Shown here in pieces: positions 46,645 through 58,119 of a DNA stretch of 64,000 bases (the first letter of the stretch is position 1; each line of letters begins with the position of its first letter). Source of the stretch: Bdellovibrionales bacterium. GTDB lineage: Bacteria > Bdellovibrionota > Bdellovibrionia > Bdellovibrionales > CAYMLA01. The stretch is taken from contig OZ244239.1 in assembly GCA_965217115.1 (NCBI GenBank), forward strand, positions 1,728,001 through 1,792,000. The letters run 5' to 3'. Below the pieces are notes generated by a model, which was given only the letters and a program-made list of their open reading frames with translations, was not told the origin of the DNA and ran no database searches. The position numbers and the translations under genes were made by a program.

Positions 46645-49317
46645 ATGAGTCGAACGCTTGAGACAGAAGTAAAATCAGAGAAATTTGTTTACTTTTTTTC
46701 TGCTGAGCGTACGGATGGCCATGCTGAGATGAAGAATATCTTGGGGGGAAAGGGCGCCAATTTGGCAGAGATGTCTTCTCTAGGAGTGTCTGTACCGCCA
46801 GGATTTACAATCTCTACAGAAATTTGTGGTGAATTTTATAAGAATGGGGAAGCTCTTCCTGAATGGATAAAAAAAGAAGTATTGCTTCATTTATCCAAAG
46901 TTGAGAAAATTTTGGATAAAAAATTTGGCGACAAGAGGAATCCTTTATTGGTGAGTGTTCGTTCAGGGGCAAGAGTCAGTATGCCGGGCATGATGGATAC
47001 GATTTTAAATTTGGGACTTAATGATGAGACGGTAGAGGGGCTAGAGGAGAAATCAGGAAATGCTCGTTTTGCTTGGGATTCTTACCGACGTTTTATTCAA
47101 ATGTATTCTAATGTAGTTATGGGAATGAATGGGAGTCTTTTTGAGGTTATATTAGAGGATTATAAAGATGAAAAAAAATTGAAGAATGATTCGGATTTAT
47201 CGGCTGAAGATTTTAAATTCCTTGTGGAAAAATTCAAACGGCAAGTGAAGGAGTTTACGGGAAAGGGTTTTCCTGAAAATCCTGAGGACCAATTATGGGG
47301 GGCGATAACAGCGGTGTTTAAAAGCTGGAACACAGCTCGTGCAATCACCTATCGTAGAATTAATAATATATCTAGTGAATGGGGTACGGCTGTTAATATT
47401 CAGTCTATGGTTTTTGGTAATATGGGTGATGACAGTGCAACGGGAGTGGCCTTTACGCGTAACCCATCGACGGGTGAGAAGAGGTTTTTTGGTGAGTTTT
47501 TAGTGAATGCCCAAGGGGAGGATGTTGTCGCGGGAATTCGTACGCCTAAGCCAGTGAGCCGGGAGGATTCCCAAGGGGACGGGTCTTCTCTTGAGGAATT
47601 AATGCCAGAGGCTTACGCTCAATTAGTAAAAGTTTATGAAAAGTTAGAAAAGCATTATCGTGATATGCAGGATATTGAGTTTACAATTGAGAGGGGTCAT
47701 CTTTGGATGTTGCAAACTCGTACAGGAAAAAGAACCGCTCGAGCGGCGTTGCGCATTGCCTGTGACATGATTGATGAAAAGTTAATTGATGAGAAGGAGG
47801 CTTTGCTAAGGATAGAACCTGAATCTTTAGATCAATTGCTCCATCGAACTTTAGACTCAAAGGCAGCGAAGACTGTTTTAGCTAAAGGTCTTCCAGCAAG
47901 TCCAGGGGCGGCATGTGGTGAAGTGGTTTTCACGCCTGAAGAAGCAGTGATATTAAAAGAAAAAGGTTTGAATGTGATTCTTGTGAGAGTCGAGACATCT
48001 CCTGAAGATATTGAAGGCATGGTGGCTTGCCAGGGAATTTTAACCACTCGCGGAGGGATGACATCCCATGCAGCTGTTGTAGCAAGAGGTATGGGTAAAT
48101 GTTGCATTGCTGGTTGTGCCAGTGTGGAGGTGGATGAGCGTCGGGCAGAGATGAGAGTGAGTGGTTATGTGATTCGGCGTGGTGATAAAATTACTTTAGA
48201 TGGTTCTACGGGGGAGGTTTTCCTTGGTGAAGTGAAAACGGTGGAGCCGAGTTTAGATAACTATTTTACCAGAGTGATGAAGATGGCCGATGGAGTCCGT
48301 CGCTTGAAAGTACGTACAAACGCAGACACTCCAGAGGATGCTAAAACAGCACGTCGCTTTGGGGCTGAGGGTATTGGGCTTTGTCGAACAGAACATATGT
48401 TTTTTGGAGTGGATCGGATTGATTGTGTACGGTTGATGATTTTAGCTCAAAACACTGAAGAGAGAGAAGAGGCTTTGAAAAAACTTTTACCTATGCAGAG
48501 GGAGGACTTCATTGGTTTATTCAGAGTGATGGAGGGATTGCCTGTGACTATTCGGTTGTTGGATCCTCCGTTGCATGAATTTATTCCTCATACAGATGAA
48601 GACGTTGAGGCTTTGGCAAAACGTCTTGGGTTATCGGCGGAGAGTTTAAAGGTGAGAGCTAAAGGGCTTGAGGAATCTAATCCTATGTTAGGTCACCGTG
48701 GATGTCGTTTAGCAATGACGTACCCTGAGATTTATTCGATGCAGGTGAGGGCAATTGCTGAGGCTGTAGCGATCTTGACTAAAGAAGGGCATAAATTAGA
48801 GCCTGAGATAATGATTCCACTTGTTGCTGTGGAGAGAGAGTTAAGGACTCTGCGTGAACTTACGGTGAAAGAGGTGGAAACAGTTATGGTCGAGCAGGGT
48901 GTGAAGTTTGAGTATCAAGTGGGTACGATGATCGAACTTCCTCGGGCGGCTTTAACGGCAGATAAAGTGGCTGAGTTTGCTGATTTCTTTAGCTTTGGAA
49001 CAAACGATTTGACGCAGACCACCATGGGGTTGTCGAGGGATGATGCGGGTAAGTTTCTAGGGACTTACGTGGAAGAGGGGATCCTTCTACGGGACCCTTT
49101 TGTCTCTATTGATCAAAGCGGTGTAGGTAAATTAGTTGAAATGGGAACGAAATTAGGTCGTAATATAAAGACTCGACTAAAGTGTGGAGTCTGTGGGGAG
49201 CATGGTGGAGACCCTGACAGTGTGGAGTTTTTTCACCGAGTGGGGTTAGATTATGTGAGCTGTTCACCTTATCGGGTGCCAATAGCTCGCTTAGCCGCTG
49301 CCAGAGCAGCATTGTAA
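46645..49317 (+). CDS. ppdK: Pyruvate, phosphate dikinase
   Basis: GGKGANLAEM, SMPGMMDT, GGMTSHAAVVARG, SFGTNDL and CGEHGG motifs. Confidence 0.98.
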   Translation: MSRTLETEVKSEKFVYFFSAERTDGHAEMKNILGGKGANLAEMSSLGVSVPPGFTISTEICGEFYKNGEALPEWIKKEVLLHLSKVEKILDKKFGDKRNPLLVSVRSGARVSMPGMMDTILNLGLNDETVEGLEEKSGNARFAWDSYRRFIQMYSNVVMGMNGSLFEVILEDYKDEKKLKNDSDLSAEDFKFLVEKFKRQVKEFTGKGFPENPEDQLWGAITAVFKSWNTARAITYRRINNISSEWGTAVNIQSMVFGNMGDDSATGVAFTRNPSTGEKRFFGEFLVNAQGEDVVAGIRTPKPVSREDSQGDGSSLEELMPEAYAQLVKVYEKLEKHYRDMQDIEFTIERGHLWMLQTRTGKRTARAALRIACDMIDEKLIDEKEALLRIEPESLDQLLHRTLDSKAAKTVLAKGLPASPGAACGEVVFTPEEAVILKEKGLNVILVRVETSPEDIEGMVACQGILTTRGGMTSHAAVVARGMGKCCIAGCASVEVDERRAEMRVSGYVIRRGDKITLDGSTGEVFLGEVKTVEPSLDNYFTRVMKMADGVRRLKVRTNADTPEDAKTARRFGAEGIGLCRTEHMFFGVDRIDCVRLMILAQNTEEREEALKKLLPMQREDFIGLFRVMEGLPVTIRLLDPPLHEFIPHTDEDVEALAKRLGLSAESLKVRAKGLEESNPMLGHRGCRLAMTYPEIYSMQVRAIAEAVAILTKEGHKLEPEIMIPLVAVERELRTLRELTVKEVETVMVEQGVKFEYQVGTMIELPRAALTADKVAEFADFFSFGTNDLTQTTMGLSRDDAGKFLGTYVEEGILLRDPFVSIDQSGVGKLVEMGTKLGRNIKTRLKCGVCGEHGGDPDSVEFFHRVGLDYVSCSPYRVPIARLAAARAAL

Positions 49318-49341
49318 TTTGCTAACTTTAAGGGGACAGCT

Positions 49342-52300
49342 TTGAGAATCAAAAAATTAGATATCGCTGGATTCAAATCATTTAAAGATCGAACAGTTAT
49401 TCAATTTGATAAAGGAATTACGGGAATCGTTGGTCCTAACGGTTGTGGTAAATCCAATATCGTTGATGCTTTAATGTGGGTGATGGGTGAAATGTCAGCC
49501 AAGCATTTACGCGGTAACAACATGAGTGATGTTATATTTGGTGGTTCTGAAGACTACACTTCTTCTGGAATGGCAGAGGTTTCTTTGACGTTACAGAATG
49601 ACGAAGGGGCTTTTCCTGTAAAGTACGCGAAGCATAGTGAAATTATGGTGACCCGCCGTTTGCACCGCTCAGGTGAGTCGGAGTATTTAATTAACAAAGA
49701 GTCTGTGCGGTTGAGAGATGTTCAAGAAATTTTTATGGATACGGGTGCAGGTTCTAAAGGGTTTAGTATTATTGAACAGGGTAAGATCGGTGAGATCATT
49801 ACGGCTAAACCTCTAGATCGCCGTAGTCTCATTGAAGAGGCGGCAGGGATCACGAAGTTTAAGGCGAGAAAAAAAGAATCCCAGAGAAAGCTCGCTTCTA
49901 CGGATCAGAATTTAGTGCGTCTACAAGATATCATTGGTGAATTAAAGAGACAGCTGGACAGTTTACACCGTCAGGCCAAGCGAGCCGAACGCTATCGTAG
50001 CTTGAAGCAGGAAATTGAGAAGATCGATTTATGGGTCTCTTCCCGCCAATATTTACAATTGAAAATTTCGGTAGAAGAGGCTCAAGTGTCTTTTGATGAA
50101 GCTCAAGGTCAGGATGTGAAGGGTGAAGTTGAATTAAGAGAAATGGAAGTGCGCCTGTTATCGATAAAGACGGATATAGCTGATTTTGAGAACAGTGTTA
50201 CAGAAAAGCAGGAAGCCTATTATAACGTGAAGGAACAGGTTGTTTTAAAAGAAAAGGCTTTGCAGGAATTGAAATTTGAGATTGAGTCCACTCGTCGTAG
50301 TGAGGAGCAAACAGAAACTTTGCGTGGAGAACAGGGAGCGCGTCATCAGTTATTGACTCGTGATAAGAGTGAATTGTCTGAAAAGGTTGCAGTGTTAAAA
50401 ACTGAAGCAGAGGATCTTAAAGGAAAGTTTTCAGAAAAAAATAAAACCTACCAGGACTGTTATGGCCGCATTGCTGAGATTGATGATGAACTGACGGAAA
50501 AGCGTCGAGGGATTTTGGGGCTTGCACAAAAGGAAGCCCATTTAGAAGCTAAAATCCATTCTATGGATGAACAATTGACGGAATCTCGCGATCGACGTGA
50601 AGAGAAAAAAAATCTTTTTCAAGAACTACAAGCAAAAGAGAAAGATTTTGAAAAACGTTATAAAAAACTAACCAGTGACTTAGAGAAACAGAAACAATTG
50701 CATCTAGATATGACTAAGGATGTGGAATCTTATGAAGCCAATCGGCAGTTATTGACAGAGAAGTTAAATGGAAAGAGAGCAGAGGTTGATGGCTTTAAAG
50801 ACCAGTTGAATGAAGTAACGTCGTTGCTTTATGGTTTAGAGAACCTTCAGTCAAATTTTGAGGGTTTTGATGAGGGCGTAAAGAGCGTTATGTTCTGGCA
50901 AAAAGAGCGAGTTCAACGCTTGTCAGCGGGTGGTTCTGTCTCTGTGGAAGAGCAGTACAACCTTGTCTCAGAGGTTGTTGAAGTTCCTGGTGAGTATGAA
51001 ATTGCAATGGAGGCGGCGTTAGGGACTCGTTTGCAAACACTCCTGAGTGAAAGTGATACGGCTTCTTTAGAGGCGGTGGATTTTTTAAAGAATCAAGAGT
51101 CTGGGCGTTCTAGTTTTATTAATAGTGATAACGAGAGAGGATTTGCTAATTTGGAAAATGTTCCAAATGGAAAGGCTGTTATTGCTATTTTAAAAGATGT
51201 GATAAAGGTTCCTGAGAAATTTTCTAAAACTGTGAGTGGTCTTCTCGACGGCGTGGCAGTTGTTGACTCTGTTAAGTCATCTTTAGAACTTCGTGACCAG
51301 TACAGAGGGTGGAGTTTTGTGACGATGGATGGAGATACTTTATCTGCGGATGGAGTTCTTACTGGAGGGGCTAAAGGCAGTGCTGAATCGGGGGTCCTTA
51401 AAAGAAAAAGAGAAATCAAGGAACTCTCCCAGAAAAAAGAGGAATGGGCTGGTAAGTTTAATTTAGCAAAATTGGCCATGGTCAAGTTAGAGAACCAGTT
51501 AAAGCAGGTGGTGAAAGACTGGGAGGAGTTTAATAAGCGTAGCGTGGATCAGGAGATCCGGGTGGTTGAGTTAAAAAAAGACGTGGAGCGTGGACAGACA
51601 GAGTTTAATCAATCTCGTTCGGCGACACAGAGCCACCAAACAGAGCTAAATCATTTGTTTGAGGCGCTTGAAGAGAGTGAGAAAAACCATTTAGAATTCA
51701 AAGAGAGTTTAAAAGAAACTTTGCAGGAGAAAGAAACTTTAGAACAGTGTGTGGAACGCCTTCAAGAGGAGTACACAACCTCTAAGTTAAGTGTTGAGTG
51801 TTTGCAGAATGAGGTGACAGAGTTTAAAGTTCATTCAGTTTCTAAGAATCAGGAGCTGGAGGGCATCGAGAAGCAGCTGAGTATGGTAAGCCATTCTTTA
51901 GATGATCTTGAGAACCACCTTTCTCGTATGAATGATGAGTCTTTGCGCAATAATGAATCTTTGTCATCTCACCAATTGTCTTTACAGCAGGGGCAGTTGA
52001 ACCTTGAGAGGTTGATTGGTCAAGTGGAAGAAAATCGTATTTCTTTGGCTCATGCGAAAGATCAGTATGAGGAGAATGCGACGGGTCTTCGCGGGCTAGA
52101 GGCGAAAGTGAATGGGATGTTAAAAGAGCGTAGTTCCTATCAAGCGATAATGAATGAATCTCATTTGAAGTTAGAACAGGCAAAGATGAGAGAGAGTCAT
52201 TTAGTTGAACATGTGAAAGAGAAGTACATGGTTGATCTACCGGTGATTGCCCATGAGTGTGCTCAGAGAGAAGAAGATGGAGACGAAGCGGCAGTTAGAT

Positions 52301-52953
52301 TGGAGGAGTTGAAATTAAAAATTTCCAAAATTGGCGAGGTGAATCTTTCAGCCATTGATGAGTATGAAGAAACCCAGAAACGTTATGACTTCTTGTCGGA
52401 GCAATACCAGGACTTGATTGATGCTAAGGAGCAATTGCGTAAGGTGATTGAGCGTATTAATCGTATTTGTTCAAAGAGATTTAAGGAGACGTTTGTGGCG
52501 GTGGACCGTCGATTTCAGACTGTGTTCCCAGTCCTTTTCGGCGGTGGAGAGGCTAAGCTGGTCTTGATTGAAGATTCTGAAAAAGATGAAATGGGAATTG
52601 ATATTGTAGCTAAACCTCCAGGTAAGAAGTTGCAGAGTATTTCGTTGATGTCGGGTGGAGAGAAAGCGTTGACGGCGGTGGCTTTAATTTTTTCAATTTT
52701 CTTAGTGAAACCTTCGCCTTATTGCCTGTTAGATGAGGTGGACGCTCCTTTGGATGACGCCAATGTGGCGAGATTTAACGATTTAGTGATGGAGATGTCT
52801 AAGCGCAGTCAAATCATTGTGGTGACTCATAATAAATACACGATGGAAGTGGTGCGCAAACTCTATGGTGTGACAATGCAGGAGCGAGGGGTTTCTAAAA
52901 TGGTGTCAGTCGCTTTAAATGAGGTAAGCTCTTTTGTTGGTCTTGAGGCATAA
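49342..52953 (+). CDS. smc: Chromosome segregation protein SMC
   Basis: GFKSF, GPNGCGKSN, coiled coils with a hinge, SGGEKA and LDEVDAPLD motifs. Confidence 0.98.
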   Translation: MRIKKLDIAGFKSFKDRTVIQFDKGITGIVGPNGCGKSNIVDALMWVMGEMSAKHLRGNNMSDVIFGGSEDYTSSGMAEVSLTLQNDEGAFPVKYAKHSEIMVTRRLHRSGESEYLINKESVRLRDVQEIFMDTGAGSKGFSIIEQGKIGEIITAKPLDRRSLIEEAAGITKFKARKKESQRKLASTDQNLVRLQDIIGELKRQLDSLHRQAKRAERYRSLKQEIEKIDLWVSSRQYLQLKISVEEAQVSFDEAQGQDVKGEVELREMEVRLLSIKTDIADFENSVTEKQEAYYNVKEQVVLKEKALQELKFEIESTRRSEEQTETLRGEQGARHQLLTRDKSELSEKVAVLKTEAEDLKGKFSEKNKTYQDCYGRIAEIDDELTEKRRGILGLAQKEAHLEAKIHSMDEQLTESRDRREEKKNLFQELQAKEKDFEKRYKKLTSDLEKQKQLHLDMTKDVESYEANRQLLTEKLNGKRAEVDGFKDQLNEVTSLLYGLENLQSNFEGFDEGVKSVMFWQKERVQRLSAGGSVSVEEQYNLVSEVVEVPGEYEIAMEAALGTRLQTLLSESDTASLEAVDFLKNQESGRSSFINSDNERGFANLENVPNGKAVIAILKDVIKVPEKFSKTVSGLLDGVAVVDSVKSSLELRDQYRGWSFVTMDGDTLSADGVLTGGAKGSAESGVLKRKREIKELSQKKEEWAGKFNLAKLAMVKLENQLKQVVKDWEEFNKRSVDQEIRVVELKKDVERGQTEFNQSRSATQSHQTELNHLFEALEESEKNHLEFKESLKETLQEKETLEQCVERLQEEYTTSKLSVECLQNEVTEFKVHSVSKNQELEGIEKQLSMVSHSLDDLENHLSRMNDESLRNNESLSSHQLSLQQGQLNLERLIGQVEENRISLAHAKDQYEENATGLRGLEAKVNGMLKERSSYQAIMNESHLKLEQAKMRESHLVEHVKEKYMVDLPVIAHECAQREEDGDEAAVRLEELKLKISKIGEVNLSAIDEYEETQKRYDFLSEQYQDLIDAKEQLRKVIERINRICSKRFKETFVAVDRRFQTVFPVLFGGGEAKLVLIEDSEKDEMGIDIVAKPPGKKLQSISLMSGGEKALTAVALIFSIFLVKPSPYCLLDEVDAPLDDANVARFNDLVMEMSKRSQIIVVTHNKYTMEVVRKLYGVTMQERGVSKMVSVALNEVSSFVGLEA

Positions 52954-52955
52954 AA

Positions 52956-53591
52956 ATGGAAATTTACAAATGCTCTACTGAGTCTGGTAAGAATTGGTAT
53001 ATTGAAGGTTGGGAGTTATTAAAGAAGGACCCGTTTAAGAGTGTTTGGGTGGGTCTTTCACTAGTATTGCTACCTCTTGTACTTACGTTCTTTCCTCTTG
53101 TGGGTAAGTTTTTGGCTCCATTGGCCACGTCTTTTCTTACTTTGGGATTTTATGTTTATGCAAAAAATCTAGAACAAAATACCGAAGGAGCCTTTAAGGA
53201 CCTGTTTGTTGCTTTTTCTGATGGTATCTTGTTGCGCCGTTTGGTTCCTTACTTATTAGCTTCTGTTGCGGTCTCTTTTATCGTGAACTTCGTCTCGTCA
53301 TCGGGATTGGCACTCTCTAGTTTTTGGGGAACGGCTGTTTATCTATTTTGGGTGGCGGGGACGTTATACAGTTTACCGTTAATTTATGAAGGGTTCGAGT
53401 TCAGTGAGTCTGTTAAGTGCAGTTTGAAAGCAACCCATAAAAATTGGATATCTTTTTTATTGATGGCGACAATTGGCTTAGTTGTTTTAATTTTGTGCTT
53501 AATCCCATTAGGGTTGGGGTTGGTGATCTTTATTCCGTTGAGTCACTTTGTTTGGTATCGTTCTTTTAAAGAAATTTTTCCTAACTTTTAG
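52956..53591 (+). CDS. Integral membrane protein (BPSS1780-like)
   Basis: W..EGW.L.KK.P start, several TM helices and IPLGLGL..IP near the C-terminus. Confidence 0.65.
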   Translation: MEIYKCSTESGKNWYIEGWELLKKDPFKSVWVGLSLVLLPLVLTFFPLVGKFLAPLATSFLTLGFYVYAKNLEQNTEGAFKDLFVAFSDGILLRRLVPYLLASVAVSFIVNFVSSSGLALSSFWGTAVYLFWVAGTLYSLPLIYEGFEFSESVKCSLKATHKNWISFLLMATIGLVVLILCLIPLGLGLVIFIPLSHFVWYRSFKEIFPNF

Positions 53592-53602
53592 CTGAAGCCA
53601 TA

Positions 53603-54973
53603 TCAGCACTCGGTGATATTAACGGCGAGACCTCCTTCGGAAGTTTCTTTATATTTAGTTTTCATATCCTCTCCAGTTTCAGCCATGGTTTTTATAGCTG
53701 AGTCGAGAGAAACGTGATGGAGTCCATTGCCTTTGAGGGCGATACGAGCGGCATTGATGGCCTTGACGGCTCCCATGGCATTGCGTTCGATACAGGGAAT
53801 TTGCACAAGGCCACCTACGGGATCACAGGTGAGGCCTAGATTGTGTTCTATTCCAATTTCGGCAGCTTCTTCAACCTGTGAAGGGGTTCCTCCAAGGGCT
53901 TCGACGAGTCCTGCCGCTGCCATAGAGCAGGCAACGCCGACTTCTCCCTGACAGCCAACTTCAGCTCCTGAGAAGGAGGCATTTTTTTTATAAAGAGTGG
54001 CTATAGCCCCTGATGTCAGCAGAAATTTTTTTGCACCATCCAGAGAGCCGTTGCGAAACTGTGTGTAATAGCGAAGGACAGCAGGTATAATTCCAGAGGC
54101 TCCATTGGTAGGAGCTGTGACAACCTTTGAACCGGCGGCATTTTCTTCATTCACGGCGATGGCATACAGATTAACCCAATCTAAAATTTCTAAGGGATCG
54201 TTAGCATTTTTATCAAAAGAGAGTTTTTTGTAAAGAGCGGGGGCACGGCGGTTGATTTTCATAGGTCCAGGTAAAGTGCCTTCTTGTGTGAGACCTTTAT
54301 TGATACAGTCGTTCATGGCTTTTAATATTTTTTCTAACTGTAGATTGATCTCTTCTAAAGAAAGATGTTCGTTTTCATTTTCAAGGACCACTTGGCTAAT
54401 GCTTTTTCCAGTGAGTGAGCAGATTTTTAGAAGCTCTCTGCCGCTATTGAAGTTATGAGCAGAGGGAGTCTTTTTGTCTTCGTCTGAAATTTGAGTCTTT
54501 CGATGGGAGGTATCCTCAGAGAGAACAAATCCTCCGCCTGTAGAGTAGTAGGTCGCTTCTTTAATGATTTTTCCAAATTTGTAGGCGTAAAACATCATGC
54601 CATTGGAATGGAGGGGGAGAAGCCTTTGGCGATTAAAAGTAATATCTTCTTTTATGTTGAATGAAATGCTTGATTGACTATTAAAGAGTTGGATTTTCTG
54701 TGTTTCTTTAACCCTGTCTAACTCTTGGTACATACTATCAGGGTTGATATCTTCTGGAGTCTGTCCTTGTAATCCCCAGACGATAGCTTTGTCTGTTCCA
54801 TGCCCGAGGCCAGTGAAGGCCAGAGAGCCGTGAAGAGAGACTTTGATCTGAGTGACTTCAGATATTTCGGGAAGGCTTTCCAAAAATAGCTTGGCGGCCT
54901 TCATAGGACCAATGGTGTGGGAGCTGGAAGGGCCAATGCTTATTTTAAAAATATCAAAGATACTCAGAGCCAT
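53603..54973 (-). CDS. sdaA: L-serine ammonia-lyase (Fe-S, single chain)
   Basis: [34 protein letters not shown] and YKETS.GGL motifs. Confidence 0.97.
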   Translation of the reverse strand: MALSIFDIFKISIGPSSSHTIGPMKAAKLFLESLPEISEVTQIKVSLHGSLAFTGLGHGTDKAIVWGLQGQTPEDINPDSMYQELDRVKETQKIQLFNSQSSISFNIKEDITFNRQRLLPLHSNGMMFYAYKFGKIIKEATYYSTGGGFVLSEDTSHRKTQISDEDKKTPSAHNFNSGRELLKICSLTGKSISQVVLENENEHLSLEEINLQLEKILKAMNDCINKGLTQEGTLPGPMKINRRAPALYKKLSFDKNANDPLEILDWVNLYAIAVNEENAAGSKVVTAPTNGASGIIPAVLRYYTQFRNGSLDGAKKFLLTSGAIATLYKKNASFSGAEVGCQGEVGVACSMAAAGLVEALGGTPSQVEEAAEIGIEHNLGLTCDPVGGLVQIPCIERNAMGAVKAINAARIALKGNGLHHVSLDSAIKTMAETGEDMKTKYKETSEGGLAVNITEC

Positions 54974-55154
54974 GCTTCACTCCATGGTTAATATTTGAAA
55001 TTCAAATGTATGTTTACCTTTAGAACTATTTATTTGTTAAGGCAAGATTTTAGGCATTGATTCTGTGATAATTGGAGATGTACCCCTATCATTGCAATGA
55101 AGATAGGAATTCAGAAACATGTACAAGGCTGTTTTTAACAGAAGATTTTTCCTT

Positions 55155-56828
55155 CTAGAACTCTTTGTACCAAGTGGGCCAGTGTAGACACTGATTGCCT
55201 TGTGATGCTTGAAGGCCTTTAAGATAGAGACTTCTACCAATGAGGCAAGTGTCTGTGATCCACAACCAAGTGATGGGGAGTTCCTTGCGAAGCTCTTGAA
55301 GAAGCCGTGGGTAGAGTTGGGCCTCGCGTGATTTTTTTGATAGTGCTTTAGTGATCTGATTTATTTTAGGAGAATTGAGCCCCCAGTGATTGAGGGAACC
55401 ATTTTGGTGCCAGTTGACAAAGGGTTGTAGGGGAAAAGCAATGGCCTTTGCGATGAGAACTGCTGCGAATTTTTTTTCTTTAATCAATTTTTCTAAAGTG
55501 TTCCATTCTATATATTTAATGTTCATTTTAATACCAGACTTTCTAAGTTTTTGCTGATAGGCTTCGAGCCATTCGGTGTGGAAATTCATAGGAGCATAGA
55601 TCTGAAATTGAAATGGTGTGAGTTGTTGGGTGCTTATTTTGTCCAAAATGCCATCTCGGTTACGATCCAACCAGCCTTCTTGGGAGAGAATTTTTCTGGC
55701 TTCTGTGATATTGGACTCTCTTCTATTGATTTGACTCCTCGTTTTTTTGAACGCGCCATTGTTTTTTTTCTTAGAATGTATTCCCGTCTGATATGAAAAA
55801 TTATGTGGAAAATCAGATGCCCATGGGCTATTGGTGGGAGAGTCTGTGAGCGAATGAAGTTTCTCGTGTGTTGGAGTGAGAAGGCTCAAGGCATGGCGAA
55901 TTTTTCGGGATTTAAGTAAAGGGTGCTTGAGATTCCAACCGATAAACGTAAGGTTTTGGGGAATGGGAGTTTGTATTTTTTCTACAATAAGATGGGGAGG
56001 AGTAGAATTGGAGAGGTTTTGGAATTCAGCAGGAGAGAGTTCAGCGATGTCTATGTCACCACGTTTTAGAGAGATTATTTTTGTCACGGGGTTAAAAATA
56101 AACTTATAACGAACAATTGAAAACTGATAGAGGGCGAGGTCTTTTTCTTTAAAGCCCCACCACTGAGGGTTACGTTCAAACTCGATGTATTGATTTTTTA
56201 ACCATTTTTTAAAGCGATAGGGGCCTGACCCAATAATATCGGTATCGTTGAGCTTGAGATCTCGATTAAAGTCTTTTGGCCTTTGCAGAAAGTAACTAAA
56301 ACGATGCTGTGGCAAAATAGGAAAGAAGAGTTTGTATAAATTTGTATCAATTGGAGGTTGAGAGAAAGAAATCAGAAGTTTTCTTTGAGATAGAACAGAG
56401 ATACTCTCAATACCTTGGGTTTTAATTTTTAGATAAGGGGCATCAATTTGTGGGTGAGTGATAATTCTGTAGCTAAAGGCAACATCATTTGCAGTGAGGG
56501 ATTTTCCGTCGTGAAATTTTAAATTTTGTTTTAAAGTCACTGTGATTTGCCGATCATTTTTCTTCCAGATTTTTTCACAAATACGACAAATAGCAGCGCC
56601 TGATTTTGGGTCTTGGATGAAAAAATCCTCAAAAACACCTGGTCGAAAAAAAGGAGAGGTGATGGGGTTTAGAGAGGTTTGGGGAAAGGTTAGAACTCGG
56701 TTAAGAGTGTTCTTAGGTGTTCTGTGGTTAAGGTTTTTAGCGTAAAGTGGTATGATATTAAAAATCATGATGAAAGATAAAAGAATAGAAAACATATAAT
56801 TAGATACAAGAAAACACACATTCTTCAT
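55155..56828 (-). CDS. Peptide ABC transporter substrate-binding protein (family 5)
   Basis: KFHDG..LTA.DV.FS, IGSGPY, ERNP.WW, IGWN and R.IR.AL motifs; no permease gene adjacent. Confidence 0.85.
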   Translation of the reverse strand: MKNVCFLVSNYMFSILLSFIMIFNIIPLYAKNLNHRTPKNTLNRVLTFPQTSLNPITSPFFRPGVFEDFFIQDPKSGAAICRICEKIWKKNDRQITVTLKQNLKFHDGKSLTANDVAFSYRIITHPQIDAPYLKIKTQGIESISVLSQRKLLISFSQPPIDTNLYKLFFPILPQHRFSYFLQRPKDFNRDLKLNDTDIIGSGPYRFKKWLKNQYIEFERNPQWWGFKEKDLALYQFSIVRYKFIFNPVTKIISLKRGDIDIAELSPAEFQNLSNSTPPHLIVEKIQTPIPQNLTFIGWNLKHPLLKSRKIRHALSLLTPTHEKLHSLTDSPTNSPWASDFPHNFSYQTGIHSKKKNNGAFKKTRSQINRRESNITEARKILSQEGWLDRNRDGILDKISTQQLTPFQFQIYAPMNFHTEWLEAYQQKLRKSGIKMNIKYIEWNTLEKLIKEKKFAAVLIAKAIAFPLQPFVNWHQNGSLNHWGLNSPKINQITKALSKKSREAQLYPRLLQELRKELPITWLWITDTCLIGRSLYLKGLQASQGNQCLHWPTWYKEF

Positions 56829-57006
56829 TATTCTAAGGATTATCCCAGAATTTGAATGTTTCGGCCACTTAAATTTTTGAAAACGATTTAATCGTGTTTT
56901 AAAAGAAACTCTTTACAGAATGCTTGCTTCATGGGAAGTGTCCATGGAAGTATTGTGCGGAAATTCTGTGTAAGTGAGTTTTTATTAGAACAACCCTTGA
57001 GGTATT

Positions 57007-58116
57007 ATGAAAGTTTCTAAGAATATTTTAGATTTGGTGCCTTATAGGCCAGGAAAACCTATTGAGGAGGCTAAGAGGGAATATGGTTTAGATAGAGCTT
57101 ATAAATTGGCAAGTAATGAGAACCCATTGGGAGTGAGTCCAAGAGTGGTGAAAGCCTTGGAGTCTTCCTTGGATAAAATTCATTTGTATCCAGATGCTTC
57201 TTGTTACGAATTGACCCATAAAATGGCGGAACATTATGGGATGGAGACTGAATGGCTGTGCTTTGGTAACGGTTCTAATGAGCTTATTGATCTTTTAATT
57301 CGTATTTACTGTGAACCAGGAGATAGAATCCTGACATCGCAAGCGGCTTTTATTGCCTATAGAATTTGTGCGCAAGCAGCCCGAGTTGAAACAGAAGAAA
57401 CGTCTTTAAAAGAAGACTTGTCCATTGATATTCAAGCGATAGTTAATAATTACAAAGAGGCAAAGAAGAAGCCGAAAATAATTTTTTTGCCCAATCCAAA
57501 CAACCCTACAGGTACCTGTGTTGGACGTAGAGAAGTGGAAATGCTTTTAAATGAGCTGGGAAATCAAGAAAATCTTCTAATTGTTTTTGATGAGGCTTAT
57601 AATGAATTTGTAAGAATGAAAGACTATTCTGATACCCTTAAGTATGTGCGCAAATACAATAATGTTATTGTATTACGCACGATGAGTAAGGTTTATGGTT
57701 TGGCAGGCTTAAGAGTAGGGAGTTTGATTGCAAGACCAGAGGTCATTGATTTGGTGAATCGCGTGCGTAATCCTTTTAATGTGAATTATTTAGCACAAGT
57801 TTCGGCAGTGGCAGCTTTAGGGGATAAGGATTTTTTACAGAGATCTAAGGAATTAGTGTGGTCAGGGTTAGATTATTTTTATAAAGAATTGAAGCTTTTA
57901 GGTTTGCCCTATGTGGAGTCTCAGGCAAATTTTGTTCTTTTTGATACTTTGCAAAACGCAGAAAAGGTGGCAGAAAAATTATTTCAGAAAGGTATTTTGC
58001 TACGTCCAGTGGGAGTTTATGGCTTTCCCAGACATTTACGAATGAGTGTGGGATTGCCTGAGGAGAATAAGGCTGCTATGACGGAGTTAAGAGCTGTGTT
58101 AAAAAAGGACTTATAG
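57007..58116 (+). CDS. hisC: Histidinol-phosphate aminotransferase
   Basis: KLASNENP, GNGSNELI, PNNPTG, DEAY and RTMSKVYGLAGLRVG motifs. Confidence 0.95.
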   Translation: MKVSKNILDLVPYRPGKPIEEAKREYGLDRAYKLASNENPLGVSPRVVKALESSLDKIHLYPDASCYELTHKMAEHYGMETEWLCFGNGSNELIDLLIRIYCEPGDRILTSQAAFIAYRICAQAARVETEETSLKEDLSIDIQAIVNNYKEAKKKPKIIFLPNPNNPTGTCVGRREVEMLLNELGNQENLLIVFDEAYNEFVRMKDYSDTLKYVRKYNNVIVLRTMSKVYGLAGLRVGSLIARPEVIDLVNRVRNPFNVNYLAQVSAVAALGDKDFLQRSKELVWSGLDYFYKELKLLGLPYVESQANFVLFDTLQNAEKVAEKLFQKGILLRPVGVYGFPRHLRMSVGLPEENKAAMTELRAVLKKDL

Positions 58117-58119
58117 ATC

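Noticed and set aside
47552..47578. Similarity of ppdK sequence (CAGTGAGCCG...GATTCCCAAGGGG) to the palindrome arm at 25128
   Set aside because: It is a short gapped match inside an intact coding region and is compatible with chance.
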